DNA of 64,000 nucleotides from Heterodontus francisci (lineage: Eukaryota): assembly GCF_036365525.1 (NCBI RefSeq), contig NC_090401.1, positions 39,793,674-39,857,673 on the forward strand, read 5' to 3'. The position numbers and the translations under genes were made by a program. The notes below the pieces were generated by a model that was not told where the DNA came from, did no database searches, and was given only the letters and a program-made list of their open reading frames with translations. This document shows positions 62,082 through 64,000 of the stretch, piece by piece. Positions within the stretch are counted from its first letter, which is position 1; each line of letters starts with the position of its first letter.

Positions 62082-63065
62082 CAAGGCTGTCCAACCCTTT
62101 CGGGCGGAGGACCGCATTACGATTCTTGCTCGGCCCGGGTTGGGGGCCGGTGAGCAAATTTCGAAGAGATGAGGGCATTAAAAATTTATCTTACTAAGAA
62201 AAACAACAGCAAATGTGCATTTTTGTGAAGAAACTTTAAATAAAACTAATTTATTAACTTACATTCTCGTCACTATATTGAAAACTGATTTAGTGACATA
62301 CCAGGCATTGGTTTTGCTTGCATAAGTAGTCAATCTCTGCCTGCACACTTGACGTAGCGATGCAGAGTACTCTGGATGGATATCCATCTGTCAGGACTGA
62401 TCTTGATCTCTCTCTAGGTCTCTCCCTCTGATCCCCCCTCTCTGTGTTGTTCCTCCCTCTCTGTGCCATCCTCCCTGTCTGTGTTCGCACCCCCCCCATT
62501 CCCCCTCTCTCTCTGTTCCCCCTCTCTCTCTCTGTTTTCCCCCATACTTTCTGTTCCCCTTCTTTGTTTTCCCCCTCTGTCTTTTCCCCCTCTCTCTGCT
62601 TTCTCCCCTCTCTCTGCTTTCTCCCCTCTCTCTGCTTTCTCCCCTCTCTCTTTGTTTTCCCCTCTCTCTTTGTGTTCCCTCTCTGTCTTTCCCCCCTCTC
62701 TCTATTTCCCCTCTCTCTCTGTTTCCCCCTCTCTCTCTTTGTTTCCCCCCCCCACCGTCCCCACTACTCCCTCTCTCTGTTCCCCTTCTCTATTTCCCCT
62801 CTCTCTCTGTTTTCCCCTCTCTCTCTCTGTCCCCCTCTTTCTTTGTTCCCCCCCCCCTCTCTCTGTTCCCTACCACCACCCCCACCTCTCTCTCTCTGAC
62901 AGTTGCACTGAGCGGGAGTACACTGCACTGCAGCTTTGTGCTCAATCAGTTTGTTCAAAACATCACGCTGAGTTTCACGGCTGACAGCTGCTGAAGCAGG
63001 AACGTGCTTCCCAACATCGAACAGATACTGGGTTTTCCGGCGGTCTTTTTAAAAAAGGTCAGTAA
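62082..63065 (-). mobile_element. hAT-Charlie/SPIN-type DNA transposon remnant with internal CT-rich repeat
   Basis: TIR-like caaggctgtccaacc after 8-bp ttctaaaa; minus-strand RSVLTD...VLCIATSSVQAEIDYLCKQNQCLVCH* resembles a hAT transposase C-terminus. Confidence 0.7.
62405..62897. repeat. Polypyrimidine low-complexity repeat
   Basis: Variants of ttcccctctctctg. Confidence 0.9.
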
Positions 63066-63069
63066 ACCC

Positions 63070-64000
63070 CTTAAATAAGGTGAGAAAACTGTACACAGTA
63101 CTTTAGGTGCAGTCTCACCAATGCCCTGTACAGTTATAGCAAGACTTCCCTACTTTTATACTCCATTCCCCTTGCAAAAAAGGCCAACATTCCATTTACC
63201 TTCCTAATTACTTGCTTTACTTGCATGCAGACCTTTTGTGATTCATGTACAAGGGCACCCAGGTCCCTCAGTACTGCTGCATTCTGCAATCACTCTCCAT
63301 GTAAATAATGTTCTGCTTTTCTATTCTTGCTGCCAAAGTAGACAACCTCATATTTTCCCACATTATACTCCATCTGTCAAATTTTTGCCCACTCACTTTC
63401 AATTCTAGCATTTTTCCAACGACAGACATTAGGCTAACTGGCCTATAGTTTCTTGCTTTCTGTCTCCCTCCTTTCTTGAGTAGAGGTGTTACACCTGTCC
63501 AGAATCTAGGGAATTTTGGAAGATTACAACCAATGCATCACTATCTCTGCAGCCACTTCCTTTAGACCCTTGGATGCAGGCCATCAGGTCCAGGGGACAT
63601 ATCAGCCTTTAGTCCCATTAATATTCACATTACTTTTTCTCTAGTGTGATAGTGATTGTTTTAAATTCCTCCCCTTCTTTTGCCTCCTGATTTTCTACTA
63701 CTTTTGGGATGCTTTTTGATTCTTCTACTGTGAAGGTGGATACAAAATACTTGTTCAAAGCCTCTGCCATTTCCTCCTTTCCCATTATTAATTCCCCAGT
63801 CTCACACTCGAAGGGACCAATGCTCACTTTAGCTACTTTTTTTCCTTTTTATATATTTGTAGAAGCTTTTACTGTCTGTTTTTATATTTCTTGCTAGTTT
63901 TCTCCAATTTCTCACTATTTATTATTTTTTAGTCATCCTTTGCTGGTTTCTAAAATTTGCCCAATCTTCGAACCTACCACTAATCTTCACGGCATTGTAC
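63070..64000 (-). mobile_element. CR1 LINE fragments
   Basis: EMAEALNKYFVSTFT and other ORF2 remnants. Confidence 0.8.

Noticed and set aside
62444-62984. Hydrophobic Leu/Ser/Pro/Phe ORFs resembling membrane proteins
   Set aside because: They are translations of CT-rich low-complexity DNA.

Overview
Vertebrate genomic DNA, almost certainly a cartilaginous fish (shark). The evidence is an HE1/V-SINE, DeuSINE fragments and dense CR1, RTE and Penelope-type repeats. The window is the orthologue of the human RSRP1-(RHD)-TMEM50A-RHCE locus, with five protein-coding genes read from splice signals and translations. These are rsrp1 (-, 3' end outside the window), an mgst3b-like MAPEG gene (+, 4 coding exons), an intact intronless snrpc/U1-C gene (-), tmem50a (+, 6 coding exons, 159 aa, head-to-head with snrpc) and the last two exons of an RH30/RHCE-like gene (-). 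Most other ORF-track entries are LINE debris or tandem-repeat artefacts. Highlights: the intronless U1-C retrogene on a compact bidirectional promoter; a near-perfect 311-bp intronic palindrome; hairpin Penelope-type inserts with a minimal hammerhead-ribozyme motif and 12-bp TSDs; a LINE that begins with a tRNA-derived SINE-like head; a coding 33-bp VNTR in rsrp1; a 2.2-kb purine-rich minisatellite with a 539-bp higher-order duplication; and a hAT/Charlie remnant. Exon coordinates were counted by hand, repeat boundaries are approximate, and homology calls rest on recalled sequences rather than database searches.
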